From: Octopus sinensis
Lineage: Eukaryota
Direction of reading: 5' to 3'
Assembly: GCF_006345805.1 (NCBI RefSeq)
Contig: NC_042998.1
Location: forward strand, 190,340,001 to 190,404,000
Length of the DNA: 64,000 nt
Made by a program: the position numbers and the translations under genes. Below the pieces are notes generated by a model. It had not been told where the DNA came from. It made no database searches and worked only from the letters and a program-made list of their open reading frames with translations. Below, piece by piece: positions 39,813 to 50,898 of the stretch (its first letter is position 1; every line of letters starts with the position of its first letter).

Positions 39813-40100
39813 TCAGTACTTCAATATCCTCCCGAAGAACCTGAGAGACCTGCATGGGGTGGATACAGATGTCTTTAAAATAAAACTGGATTTCTTCCTG
39901 TCAGGTGTCCCAGATGAACCAACTTCACGGCAGGAGGTGCAGATGAGGGCAGCTGCATCGAACACTCTCATGCACCAAATGGCAATTGCTAAAAAGCATT
40001 CGTGAAGTAAAATCATGTAGCAACACCAAATGGCGGTGCCCCAGCATGGCCACAGCTCGTGAGCTGAAACTAGATAAAATAAAATAAAAATAAATAAAAA
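39813..40100 (+). mobile_element. CR1-group (Jockey superfamily) LINE, 5'-truncated 3' end
   Basis: Plus frame reads QYFNILPKNLRDLHGVDTDVFKIKLDFFLSGVPDEPTSRQEVQMRAAASNTLMHQMAIAKKHS*, typical of CR1-type ORF2 C-termini. It is followed by a short 3' UTR with hairpin CAGCT-CGTG-AGCTG and a (TAAAA)n tail. Confidence 0.75.
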
Positions 40101-40413
40101 ATTCAAATAAGATCAAATTCAAAAATACAGAACACAGATGAATAAAAACCTACCAGCTAGAATGGGTCAGAGAACCCCACAGCTCTACCTATCTACAGCT
40201 CTTATGGATACACCTATAGGCTTTACTCAAGTCAGTTTGATCCTTAAGGAGATAAACATCCACTGGGCAACTTCCATTAGCTGTTTAAAAACATCTAAGG
40301 AGATCTTCACTAAAATTCTATCCAATGGAAACAACTGGTGCTTGCACCTCAGCATTTGTTGTTTATGTGACACTCTGTAATTCAGATAATGGGTTCTGCA
40401 GTTTATGGTTCTT

Positions 40414-40863
40414 GGATCTTTTCGGTTTGAATGGCAGTTTTTAACTTAATTTCTAGGTAACTAAAAAATTTTAAACTTCGTATACTGGTAGAATGTGTTT
40501 ATAAAACATCTTTTTCTCTTGGCTTTATTGAGAAAATTCTATAGTTTGTAAGATATTTGGTCTTTAATTTCTTGCATTTCGGCAATTTCAACCAATCAAT
40601 GACCGTCTATTGAGGTGAAAGCATTCTGTGCCATATGAATATGTCCTTCGTTTAAGAAACAGATTGGATTTATTTACATTTGTGAAGAAAAAAATACCCT
40701 TCCCCCACCCCTAACCCTAACCCTAACTAACCTTAACTAACCCTAACTAACCCTAACCTAAAACAGATTTAAATGCAATAGATCGATACTAGGGTTATAA
40801 TTATGGGTGACAATTATATATGACACCGCTAGAAAAAAACTGCCGTTCAAACCAAAAAGATCC
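40414..40863 (+). mobile_element. Merlin-like MITE copy 1
   Basis: TIR GGATCTTTTCGGTTTGAA..GCAGTTTTT / AAAAAACTGCCGTTCAAACCAAAAAGATCC, 8-bp TSD TGGTTCTT (40406-40413 and 40864-40871), and an expanded internal CCCTAA tract. Confidence 0.85.
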
Positions 40864-41351
40864 TGGTTCTTTTTTCAGATAATAGTGACATGGAGTGATT
40901 CTATAGAGGCAAACACCATTCCGAGTGTCCAAGGCTTCTCTTCTAGTGTTGTAGTGTCTTTCAAGAGTCTTAGAATCCATCTGGTTGGGTTCATTTTTTT
41001 TCCAGCCACAGGGGTCTGCCAAACTTTCTCAGATTCCCACAGCCTCAAGACCCCTCCTCCTACTTCTCAGCAGTACTTCTCCTTCCTCTTGTAAGGATTA
41101 GATAGTACTGCTGAAAGGTGAAGTGGAAGCATTGACTTGAGACCAAGAATGAGGCAATCAGCTCCACCCTTTCCACTGCTTCACCTAATAATGCAGTTGG
41201 AATGGCAGCCACTAGGACCTGCTGTTGTTGCTATTTCACTTTCTCAGGCCGTAAATCATAAGGACTTGCAAATCCATGCAAATCCCCTCCCAACTTCTTA
41301 TCATTTCTTGTTTCCTCCATACTTAGCACCAGCCTATATTGTGCTATATTT

Positions 41352-41582
41352 AAGGCGGTGAGCTGGCAGAAATGTTAGCATGCCGGGTGAAATGCATAGC
41401 TGTATTTCATCTGTCGTTACGTTCCGAGTTCAAATTCCGCCGAGGTTCGACTTTGCTTTTCATCCTTTCGAGGTTGATAAATTAAGTACCAGTTACGCAC
41501 TGGGATTGATGTAATCGACTTAATCCCTTTGTCTGTTCTTGTTTGTCCCCTCTGTGTTTAGCCCCTTGGGGGTAGTAAAGAA
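41352..41582 (+). mobile_element. SINE family with AAGGCGGTGAGCTGGCAGAA head
   Basis: B-box GAGTTCAAATTCC, central GCCTTTCATCCTTTCGGGGTCGATAAA.TAAGTACCAG block, tail GTAGTAAAGAAAT; 14-bp TSD TATATTGTGCTATA. Other copies: 9378-9630(+), 25068-25287(-), 41770-41992(-), 42190-42424(-, TSD AAAAGCAG.CATCCTT), 56801-57031(+), 57189-57421(+); degenerate relatives ~44100-44290, 54880-55030, 55310-55470. Confidence 0.85.
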
Positions 41583-41994
41583 ATATATATTGTGCTATAA
41601 AGATAATAATGAGCCAAGAGTCAGTGCTGCTGTCAATGCCTCTGATTTTATTTTACTTGTACCACCCTATCTGTCCAGCACCCTACAACAGTATTAGACA
41701 ACATGGATCGGTCTCTTCAGGTACCAAACTTCAGGCCCACTCTCTTTTTCAACTTAGTTATCACTCCTATTTCTTTATTACCCACAAGGGGCTAAAAACA
41801 TAGAGGGGACAAACAAGGACAGATATAGGTATTAAGTTGATTACATCGACCCCAGTAAGTAACTGGTACTTAATTTATCGACCCCGAAAGGATGAAAGGT
41901 AAAGTCGACCTCGGCGGACTTTGAACTTACAACGTAATGGCAGACAAAATACCGCTAAGCATTTCGCCCGGCATGTTAACATTTCTGCCAGCAC

Positions 41995-43640
41995 CATTTC
42001 ATATTCCCTTAGAACAGTGCCAATCATCTCGGTATGCTTGGTGTCCAACAGTATTACAGTGATGTCATTAGCATATGCCAAAATAGATCTTCCACATCAT
42101 GGTTCATGTGGAATGCCCTTTAACATCTTTAGTTTCAGCAGTAAAGGCACTAGGGTCAATATACATGAGTGAGATAAAAGCAGACATCCTTATTTCTTTA
42201 CTACCCACAAGGGGCTAAACACAGAGGGAACAAACAAGGACAGACAAACGAATTAAGTCGATTATATCGACCCCAGTGCATAACTGGTACTTATTTAATC
42301 GACCCCGAAAGGATGAAAGGCAAAGTCGACCTTGGCGGAATTTGAACTCAGAACGTAATGGCAGACGAAATACCGCTAAGCATTTCGCCCGACATGCTAA
42401 CGATTCTGCCAGCTCGCCGCCTTAAAAAAGCAGGCATCCTTGGCAGACCAAGTACATAATACTGAATGATTCTGATAGATGGCCATTTATCCTGACCACT
42501 AAGCACATGTCTTTGTACATTGCTGTGATCCAACCCCTGAAAATGGAACTGGAATCACCCACCTTGAGGACAGCTGCCAGGTTCCTTATCTACCTTCTCT
42601 ATGATGTATCACTTGAAATGGAGCTTGTCAGAGTTTGAACTGTTTGGGATGGCACATATCTGTACCTCACCAATTACTAATACCTTAGCCAAAATTTTAA
42701 ATTTTGCATTTTGCAGAGTAATGGACTGAAAATTATCTATGTGCTCTTTCTTGTTTGAGTTCTTTCTCAACAATACCACTGCTCCTTGGTTCACTGGACT
42801 GGAAATCCTTCCATTCTGTTGCCATCAGTGGTGTACAGTGACTTCTGAGGTTGGTCATGCAATAAATACTTGGTGTACATGGCAGAGATGTAACAACCCC
42901 CTTTTTAAAAAATTTTTTTAACAGAAACCCATGTTTTCAGCTATGGAGATACCGATTCTGAGAAAAAAAATTGGCGAAAATCGCAACTTCAAAATTTCAA
43001 ATATTATTGAAAGATAGGAAGAGGTGGTCAAAAGATTTCGTATGTGTTTTCTTTAAGTATACCAAGTGGAAGCAAAATGGAAACACAGCGAAGTATCAAT
43101 CTGGATGGGTTTCCTTTGAAACAAAGTAACTATTTTAGCTCAGTTTCCAATGATTTGGACAACTTTTCAATGAGGTTATAAATACATTATGTTCTTAAAT
43201 TGATTTTTTAGTAATATAAAAATCAAAGGACATGCAGTGCTTGATTAGCATGTCTCGACTGCACACCACTGGTAGACATCTACTAAGGGATTGTTGAGCA
43301 AGTCTGGCATATTACTGTAAAACTCACAGAGAAGACACCCAAAGCAATTCGCCTCTTATATAGCCAGACATGGCTTCCCTTATTTCAGTGGCTGTTATTG
43401 GCCTTTTGTAACACTCCAATGTCACTGCTGAGAGTGGTGGGGCAGGCTGTCGAGATAGGCAATGAAATCTATCCTGCATTACCACACTATTTGTCCCAAA
43501 CAGTAAACTGAAGTACTGTTGAAAAGCTGCACACCTCTGCTTGGAGTTGAGTAACATGTGCACATTATAGTCTGCCAAAGGCCAAATTGAGCCTCTGTTG
43601 CCATGTTGTGCCTCTGTCACTCTGTCCATTGAACAGCTTT
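41995..43640 (-). mobile_element. Decayed L1/Tx1-like LINE reverse transcriptase, interrupted by later insertions
   Basis: Ordered fragments ITATEIREAM (~43370), NQGAVVLLRK..KKEHIDNFQSITLQNAKFKILAKVL (~42640-42790) and AYANDITVI (YADD-like, ~42055-42080). It is split by a SINE at 42190-42424 and by unrelated DNA at ~42900-43260. Confidence 0.7.
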
Positions 43641-44396
43641 CATTTTTCTATGTCTTAGAGCATGCACATTAGCTTTGATTTATAAGTCTTTTGCTTATCT
43701 CTAATCTGGTTTTCTCTATCCCTATATGACTGTAGTCTAGTTATTGCTTTCATGTTGTTCACAATTGTTCCATCAATGCCTGCTTAACTAATTTACCAAT
43801 CCAGTCTCTGTAAGCTCGACCTGTCGAGAAAGACTCTTCTAACATATCTTCTCTTGATTTGAGAAGTCATACATTTTTTTCTTTTTTTTTTCCATTTTAA
43901 ATATGTACATTTGCTTTTTAAAATTTCAAAATTTATTTTAAAGTATTAAATTTCACAAAGCCAACTAACCTTAGAAGATACTGGTTGGCTAAATTGCAAA
44001 ATAGTACAAGAAGAACTAAAATAACTTTGTTTAAGACAACAAAATTTGAAAACTTACGAGCTCCAAATTGCAAACTTAATCATAATAATCATAATAATAA
44101 TGGCTTCAAGTTTAGGCACAAGGCCAGCAATTTTAGAAGCAAAGGTTAGTTGATCACATCACCCTAAGTAGTTGACTAGTACTTATTTTATTGACCTCGG
44201 CGGAATGAAAAGAAAAGTTGACTTTGACATAGGAATGAAGGCAAAATGTTTATTCCTAGAGAATGCAGTAATACTGATGCAGTCATCAATATAATAGCTA
44301 TAGAATTCAGAAATAGGTCCAGTGAAATAGACAAAGATCTGATGGTCTTAGTGGGCACAACTACCCAAGGTCTATAATAAAATTTGAACACATGAT

Positions 44397-44814
44397 GGAT
44401 CTTATCGGTTTGAACGGCAGTTTTTTTAAAATAATTTCCACGAAACTAAACACTTTTAAACTTCGTATACTGGTAGAATGTGTTTATAAAACATCTTTTT
44501 CTCTTGGCTTTATTGAGAAAATTCTATAGTTTGTTAGATATTTGTTGTTTTTTTTTCTTCAGTTTCTGAAATTTCAACCAATCAATGATGTGTATTGAGG
44601 TGAAAGCATTCTGTGCCGTATGAAAATGTCCCTCGTTTAAGAAACAGATTGGGTTTATTTACATTTGTGAAGAAAAAAAGATACCCTTCCCCTACCCCTA
44701 ACCCTAACCCTAAAATAGGTTGAAATGCAATAGATCGATACTAGGGTCATAATTACGGGTGACAATTTCATATGACACCGCTAGAAAAAACTGCCGTTCA
44801 AACCGAAAAGATCC
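44397..44814 (+). mobile_element. Merlin-like MITE copy 2
   Basis: Same TIRs and body; 8-bp TSD CACATGAT (44389-44396 and 44815-44822). Confidence 0.85.
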
Positions 44815-45337
44815 CACATGATCATATGGTTAGTAGCAGCCAATTGCACCTCATTTAACCTTAAGTCACATGAACAATCAGTCTTAAATTTTTTGCTAGA
44901 TTTCATGAAAGCCTTAGAATCATTTGAATGTAATTCTTTACTTCTACATAATGGCAAAAATTTACTTCTACAACATTTTTTTCTTCAAATTCTAATATCC
45001 ATTATTGCTACATCTTCCCATTAAATTCAAGATAAGCTTTGTTCCTATAGCTACCCATTAAAAACATGGTTTACATTCCTGTTATATAATTCCCCATTAA
45101 ATTCAAAACATTCCATTCTCCCTGCAGCTTTCCATTAAGTCCATCAGGGTTTTGAATACTATGGAAAGCAGTCATAAAACGATGATGATGGTACCCATTC
45201 TTTCTCTATCTTTCCACTAAACCAATACTCACCATTTTTGCAGCAACTTCCTATTATATCTATGTTAGCCATTCTTTCAATACTTTCATATTAAGAGTCT
45301 TATTCTCCTTTTCTGAAATATCTCTTATAAACAAAAC

Positions 45338-45363
45338 ATGTTGTTGTTGTTGTTGTTGTTGTT

Positions 45364-45404
<41 letters not shown>

Positions 45405-45680
45405 TGTTGTTCTTCTTCTTCTTTTTCTTCTTCTTCTTCTTCGTCTTCTTCCTCCTCTTCTTCTTCGTCATCTTCTTCTTTGTCTTCTTCTTCTTCTTCT
45501 TCACCTTCTTCTTCTTCCCCCTCCTCTTCTGCTTCCTCCTCTTCTTCTTCTTCGTCTTCTTCTTCTTCGTCTTCTTCTTCTTCGTCGTCTTCTTCTTCTT
45601 CTCTTCGTCTTCTTCTTCTTCTTCCTCCTCTTCTTCTTCTCTTCTTCCTCCTCTCTTCTTCTTCTTCTTCTTCCTCCTCT

Positions 45681-45718
<38 letters not shown>

Positions 45719-45980
45719 CTCTTCTTCTTCTTCCTCTTCTTCTTCCTCTTCTTCTTCTTCTTCTTCGTCTTCTTCTTCTTCTTCTTCGTCTTCTTCTTCT
45801 TCTTCCTCCTCTTCTTCGTCGTCTTCTTCTTCTTCCTCTTCTTCTTCTTCTTCGTCTTCTTCTTCTTCTTCTTCTTCTTCTTATTCTCCTTCTTCATCTT
45901 CATCTTCTTCGTCTTCTTCTTCTTTATCATCATTGTCATTGCTGTCGTTGTTGTTGTTGTTGCAGTGGTGACAGTGGTGG
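45338..45980 (+). repeat. Long compound trinucleotide microsatellite (GTT)n(GTA)n(TTC/CTC/GTC)n
   Basis: ~640 bp, mostly imperfect TTC repeats; it generates the poly-K, poly-F and poly-S ORFs in the track. Confidence 0.95.
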
Positions 45981-47059
45981 TGAGGCTTATGCATACTTCA
46001 CATAAAATGTATATTTATGTATACCCTACATAAATCTCATTAATAACAATGGTATTTTGTTCTAGGCACAGTTTTTATTTTCAAAAGATGCTTGACATTT
46101 GAAAATTATGAACAGACACCAAATTTCTGTTATAATTCACTCCTTTAGAAATTGGTAAAATGGTTATGGCTTATAGAAAAAAATGTTTTACTAATAATAG
46201 AAGATTTATTTAACTTAGAATATTCTACATGCAAAAAAACTATTAAAAGGAGAGCAAAAGCATAAATGTCACCAAAGAAAATGGGATGAGTAAAGAGTCA
46301 TCATTACCATTTTCATTACTGACCATCATTACCATCATCACCACCACCATCCTCATCATCACCAGCATCATCATAATCAGCCTTGTTATCGCTGTTGTTA
46401 TGGTCATCATCATCATCATTGCTGTCAAAGATTACCACAGTCTAAATTTTTTGAGCCTAGATTCTAAGATGACATATGCCTGATGACATATGAAGTCATG
46501 TGCAAAGAAATAATTTAAGCGAAAGTAATAACAGGATGAAGAATATTCATCATCATCATCGTCATCATCGTTTAACGTCCGCTTTCCATGCTAGCATGGG
46601 TTGGACGATTTTGACTGAGGGCTGGCGAACCAGATGGCTGCACCAGGCTCCAATCTTGATCTGGCAGTGTTTCTACAGCTGGATGCCCATCCTAACACCA
46701 ACCACTCCATGAGTATGGTGGGTGCATTTCATGTGCCACCGGCACGGGGGCCAGTCAGGCAGTACTGGCAACGACCTCGCTCGAATCTTTTTACACATGC
46801 CACCAGCACAGACACCAGTAAGGCGACGTTGGTAACGATCATGCTCGAATGGTGCCCTTTTACGTGCCACCGGCATGGAAGCCAGTTGGCTGACAATAAT
46901 ATCATTATCACAATCATGATCATCATCACCAACCATCAAGGGAGTCTCTATATAGTTACTGAGCCAACTAGAAATAGCTGTGAAATTTCTTAAAAGAAAT
47001 GGATTTATACTGTAATTCTGAGCATACAAAAATGGACTGATCACTGACTTTAATAATAA

Positions 47060-47440
47060 TAATAATAATAATAATAATAGTAATGAAATTATTGTATACA
47101 GTGCTCAGGTGCACCACAACTTGTCAAAAGTGCGTATAAAGCATATGCAGTAATGTACAAACGTCTGGGAAGTGAACAGTGTATGAGTCAGATACAGGCT
47201 TGTGTGTGTATGGAGGGGAGAAAATCAGGTGTAGTGTTGGCGAATCTCAGGAAGCATGGAAGTTTTGAAGGATGCAGTGCTCCGACAACTAACAACTGAT
47301 GCCGGCAGTTTGTTCCATGCTTCAGCAACTCTTAGCATGAAAAAATGTTTCCGAAAGTCATGGGAGCTGTGCTGCTTTCTGACTTTGTAAACGTGTCCAC
47401 GGGTGTTAGACAGGTGGAGTTTGAAAAGGTGCTCAGAATT
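47060..47440 (-). mobile_element. CR1 LINE 3' end
   Basis: Minus frame NTRGHVYKVRKQHSSHDFRKHFF.LRVAEAWNKLPASVVSCRSTASFKTSMLPEIRQHYT*, followed by a 3' UTR and (ATT)n tail. Confidence 0.8.
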
Positions 47441-48575
47441 ATTGTTTTTGGTCTAAACAATATGTTTAATGTCTCAAGATTTTTAACTGTGTTGTTTTGG
47501 TTTGGACAGTTCGGTCATTCATCTTTTACTTGTATCGGTCATTGGACTGTTGTCATGCTGAGGCACTGCCTTGAAGTGTATTAGTCAAATGCATCAACAC
47601 CAGTACTTATAGTATTATTTTTTAAGCCTGGTACTTAGTCTATTGGTCTCTTATGCTAAACAGCTAAGTTACAGGGAACATAAACAAACCAACACTAGTT
47701 GTCAAGTGGTGGTGGGATACAAGCATGAAGACACACACAGACATATATATATATATATATATATATATAGGACAAGTGAGTCCATCCCAGCCAGCCCACT
47801 TATGCATGCCTTTCCTCCCTTGGACACACGAAGACCTGTTGAGGCAAGCGAAGTCGAAATCGAACCTCATCCAATGACAGGCGTCCATGCCAACCTCCCT
47901 TCATTGGACACTAAACTCTGCTTGCGAAGACCTGTTGGGGCAAGTGAAATCGGAATCGAAATTGAACCAATCGTATGACTGGCACCCGGCAGTTGCCAGG
48001 GCCGTTTATTTGTTTGCATTCAGCCTAAGATTGAATCATTTGCTACCTACACAGCAGGTGCATAGTGTTATCCTTAATTTGATTCGAGTTTACCAAAATT
48101 GCCAATCAATTAGTGGAAACTCAATAAAACTATTCCTTACGGGTTTCCGCATTTAAAGTGACTGCAACCTTTTCTTTTAGCCTTAACTTGAGGTACAAAT
48201 GACCTAAGATACAAAGATTTTCTTAAGCGAAATTTCATGCTTTTGTGTTTTGAGATACGAGTGAAAATTGAGATGCTAATTAATTTCCAGTCACATTTTT
48301 CCGCTCGCTAGGAAATTTGAATACTTTGTCAGCCCTGATTATTCATTTCATTTTGTTGGTGAAAGTTTACTTTTATGGTGGTCTTTACCGATTTTCTAAC
48401 ATGCTCCCCCTTCATCTTCAACAAAGCCACCAAATTTGCCATGATTAATTACCCAGTGCAGCTGCACCTCTGGGTGGGCTCAGAATCTGCAGAGGCTCAG
48501 TCAAATTGCATTAAAAAACATATGCGATGGAAAGGCGAACATAATTTCCGAAAACAAAGAAAGGGATTTAGCACA

Positions 48576-48620
48576 AAACTAGCACTATGACCTGGCAACG
48601 CTGGGTCATAGTGCTAGTTT
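48576..48620 (+). mobile_element. Helitron-type 3' terminus embedded in a perfect 17-bp inverted repeat
   Basis: AAACTAGCACTATGACC-TGGCAACGCTG-GGTCATAGTGCTAGTTT. The core CCTGGCAACGCTGGG...GCTAGT resembles the ends at 11602 and 15975. Confidence 0.6.
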
Positions 48621-49200
48621 ATCTATATCTGCTTCAATTTTTTTCTCTTTCGTGAGTACTGCTTCCACTCCAGTCCTTGGCAACTGACTGTCTGGCATTC
48701 CTTGTTTATTCATGTCACACATATATCATTACAGTGATAAATCCTCTACGCTTTAACTCATACCCTGCCAAGCTCTCAGTTGACAAGTGCTCTGCTTTAT
48801 CAAGTTACAAAGCTTGTAAGATAAGGTAGAAATGTTATTACATTGGGCACAATGTTATGCAATATTTAGTTACGGCTCTTTACATTCTGATGTCGAATCT
48901 CTGCATGGTTGATTTTGTCCTTCGTTTGTTTGTGGTTGATAAAATCAGTACCAGTGAAGTGCTGGGGTCTATTCAATTACTCTTTACTCTTTTATTCTTT
49001 TACTTGTTTCAGTCATTTGACTGCGGCCATGCTGGAGCACCGCCTTTAATCGAGCAACTCGACCTCAGGACTTATTCTTTTGTAAGCCCAGTACTTATTC
49101 TATCGGTCTCTTTTGCCAAACCGCTAAGTAACGGGGACATAAACACACCAGCATCGGTTGTCAAGCAATGCTAGGGGGACAAACACAGACACACAAACGC

Positions 49201-49235
<35 letters not shown>

Positions 49236-49876
49236 TATACGACGGGCTTCTTTCAGTTTCCGTCTACCAAATCCACTCACAAGGCTTTGGTTGGCCCAAG
49301 GCTATAGTAGAAGACACTTGCCCAAGGTGTCATGCAGTGGGACTGAACCCGGAACCAAGTGGTTGGTAGACAAGCTACTTACCACACAGCCACTCCTGCG
49401 CCTATGTAATTAGGTAACATTTCTCCTCAAATCTCAGGCCAAGTGCCTTTGTTAGAAACAATGGGCCAGACATGTTTTCATGGAAAACTGTAAATGAATA
49501 ACCCCACTGGTATAACCTCATTAGCACAGACTATAAAAGAAAGTACTCAATACGCTCCGTAAAGTGGTTGGTATTAGGAAGCCACGCCAAAATTGAACTG
49601 CTAGAGCAAGTTGTGATCTTCCAACTGATTAGATCCTGTCAAAATGTCAAACTTATACCAGCATAGAAATTGTGTGGAATAATGATGGTGGTGATGATGA
49701 TATATATTTTTTGTTTACAAATCAACTGACCATAACGGATTTTTAACTCTGGTTTGAAGAGGGTTTATATACCCTTCACCATTAGAGTCTGATGACAAGT
49801 CATCTATAAAACTAAGTACTCTATGAACAGACATATATTTAACTGCATGTATATATATATATATATGATGATGATG

Positions 49877-49919
<43 letters not shown>

Positions 49920-50041
49920 TGCATAAAATAATTCACTGCAGTATTTTCTAGAGAACAATTCTTAGTGGTTAAGACCATAGCAGATCTTCTTCTAGCTTAA
50001 GGGATTCCACATAGTGGTAAAATTCCCTCTTATATGTATGT

Positions 50042-50092
<51 letters not shown>

Positions 50093-50104
50093 TATATATC
50101 CATC

Positions 50105-50855
50105 TATACTACTCACTATTTCTGGGATGGTTATAGGGGTAGAGTCCTCAAGCATGTCCTCCATAGGGTCCTATCAGAAGCAACAGTCATAGACTTTCTG
50201 GTTGGATCAGATTTACAAGTATGATCAACTAAGACTATGGATATTATCCAACCATTTCCTTCTTGGTTTACTCCTAGATTTCCTGCTAGTTGACTCAGCA
50301 GAAGAATCCATCTTCAATTCTTTCCCATGACATTCTAACCATTTTATCTGTAGTACTGGAGCTGTGACCTCTCCATTTAGAGAAGTAGTTATTCAACCTG
50401 GAGAAACTCCTTGTCGAAAGACTTTGTTCCATAAACCTTTTGAAGGAACATCATTTTGGCTGATCATATTTATGATTGTACTCTTTTGGCCATTACCCAA
50501 CATTCATGATCATAGCTGGGGATAAGCATTGAAACCAAACTGAAGATAGCAAGTCTGGTTTTTTACCAACTTCCTCTCTTCTGAGAATCAAATGTTGGAG
50601 CTGACCCATTATGGTGCTAGCATCTGCAGTTCTAGCATCTACTTCAGCCTCCTGCCTTCCATCACTTGTAAATGCAGCTCCTAGATTCTTAAGCTTCTCC
50701 ATTTGTGTCACTGATGTTCCACTAACATGCAGAGTACACTAACCAGATTTTTCTTTGGAGGACAAATGCCTCAATCCTCACAACACTATCATCTTTGCCT
50801 TTTAGTGCTCAGCAGCAAACCTGTTCAGTGCATGCTGGAGATCACCTTCCATTCA
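50105..50855 (-). mobile_element. Decayed RTE-clade (Rex3/Expander-like) LINE fragment
   Basis: Minus frames read LGAAFTSDGRQEAEVDARTADASTIMGQL... and, further on, VASDRTLWRTCL. Confidence 0.65.
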
Positions 50856-50864
50856 ACCAAGTAG

Positions 50865-50898
<34 letters not shown>

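Noticed and set aside
40700-40765. True telomere or chromosome-fusion scar
   Set aside because: The short CCCTAA tract is internal to a MITE present four times in the window.
45325-46033. Long ORFs of 163-209 aa (poly-K, poly-F, poly-S)
   Set aside because: Translations of a trinucleotide microsatellite.
50113-50170. Apparent 54-nt exon with a perfect GTGAGT donor
   Set aside because: It lies within the RTE remnant (VASDRTLWR in another frame) and is not phase-compatible with the neighbouring candidate at ~49735-49805.
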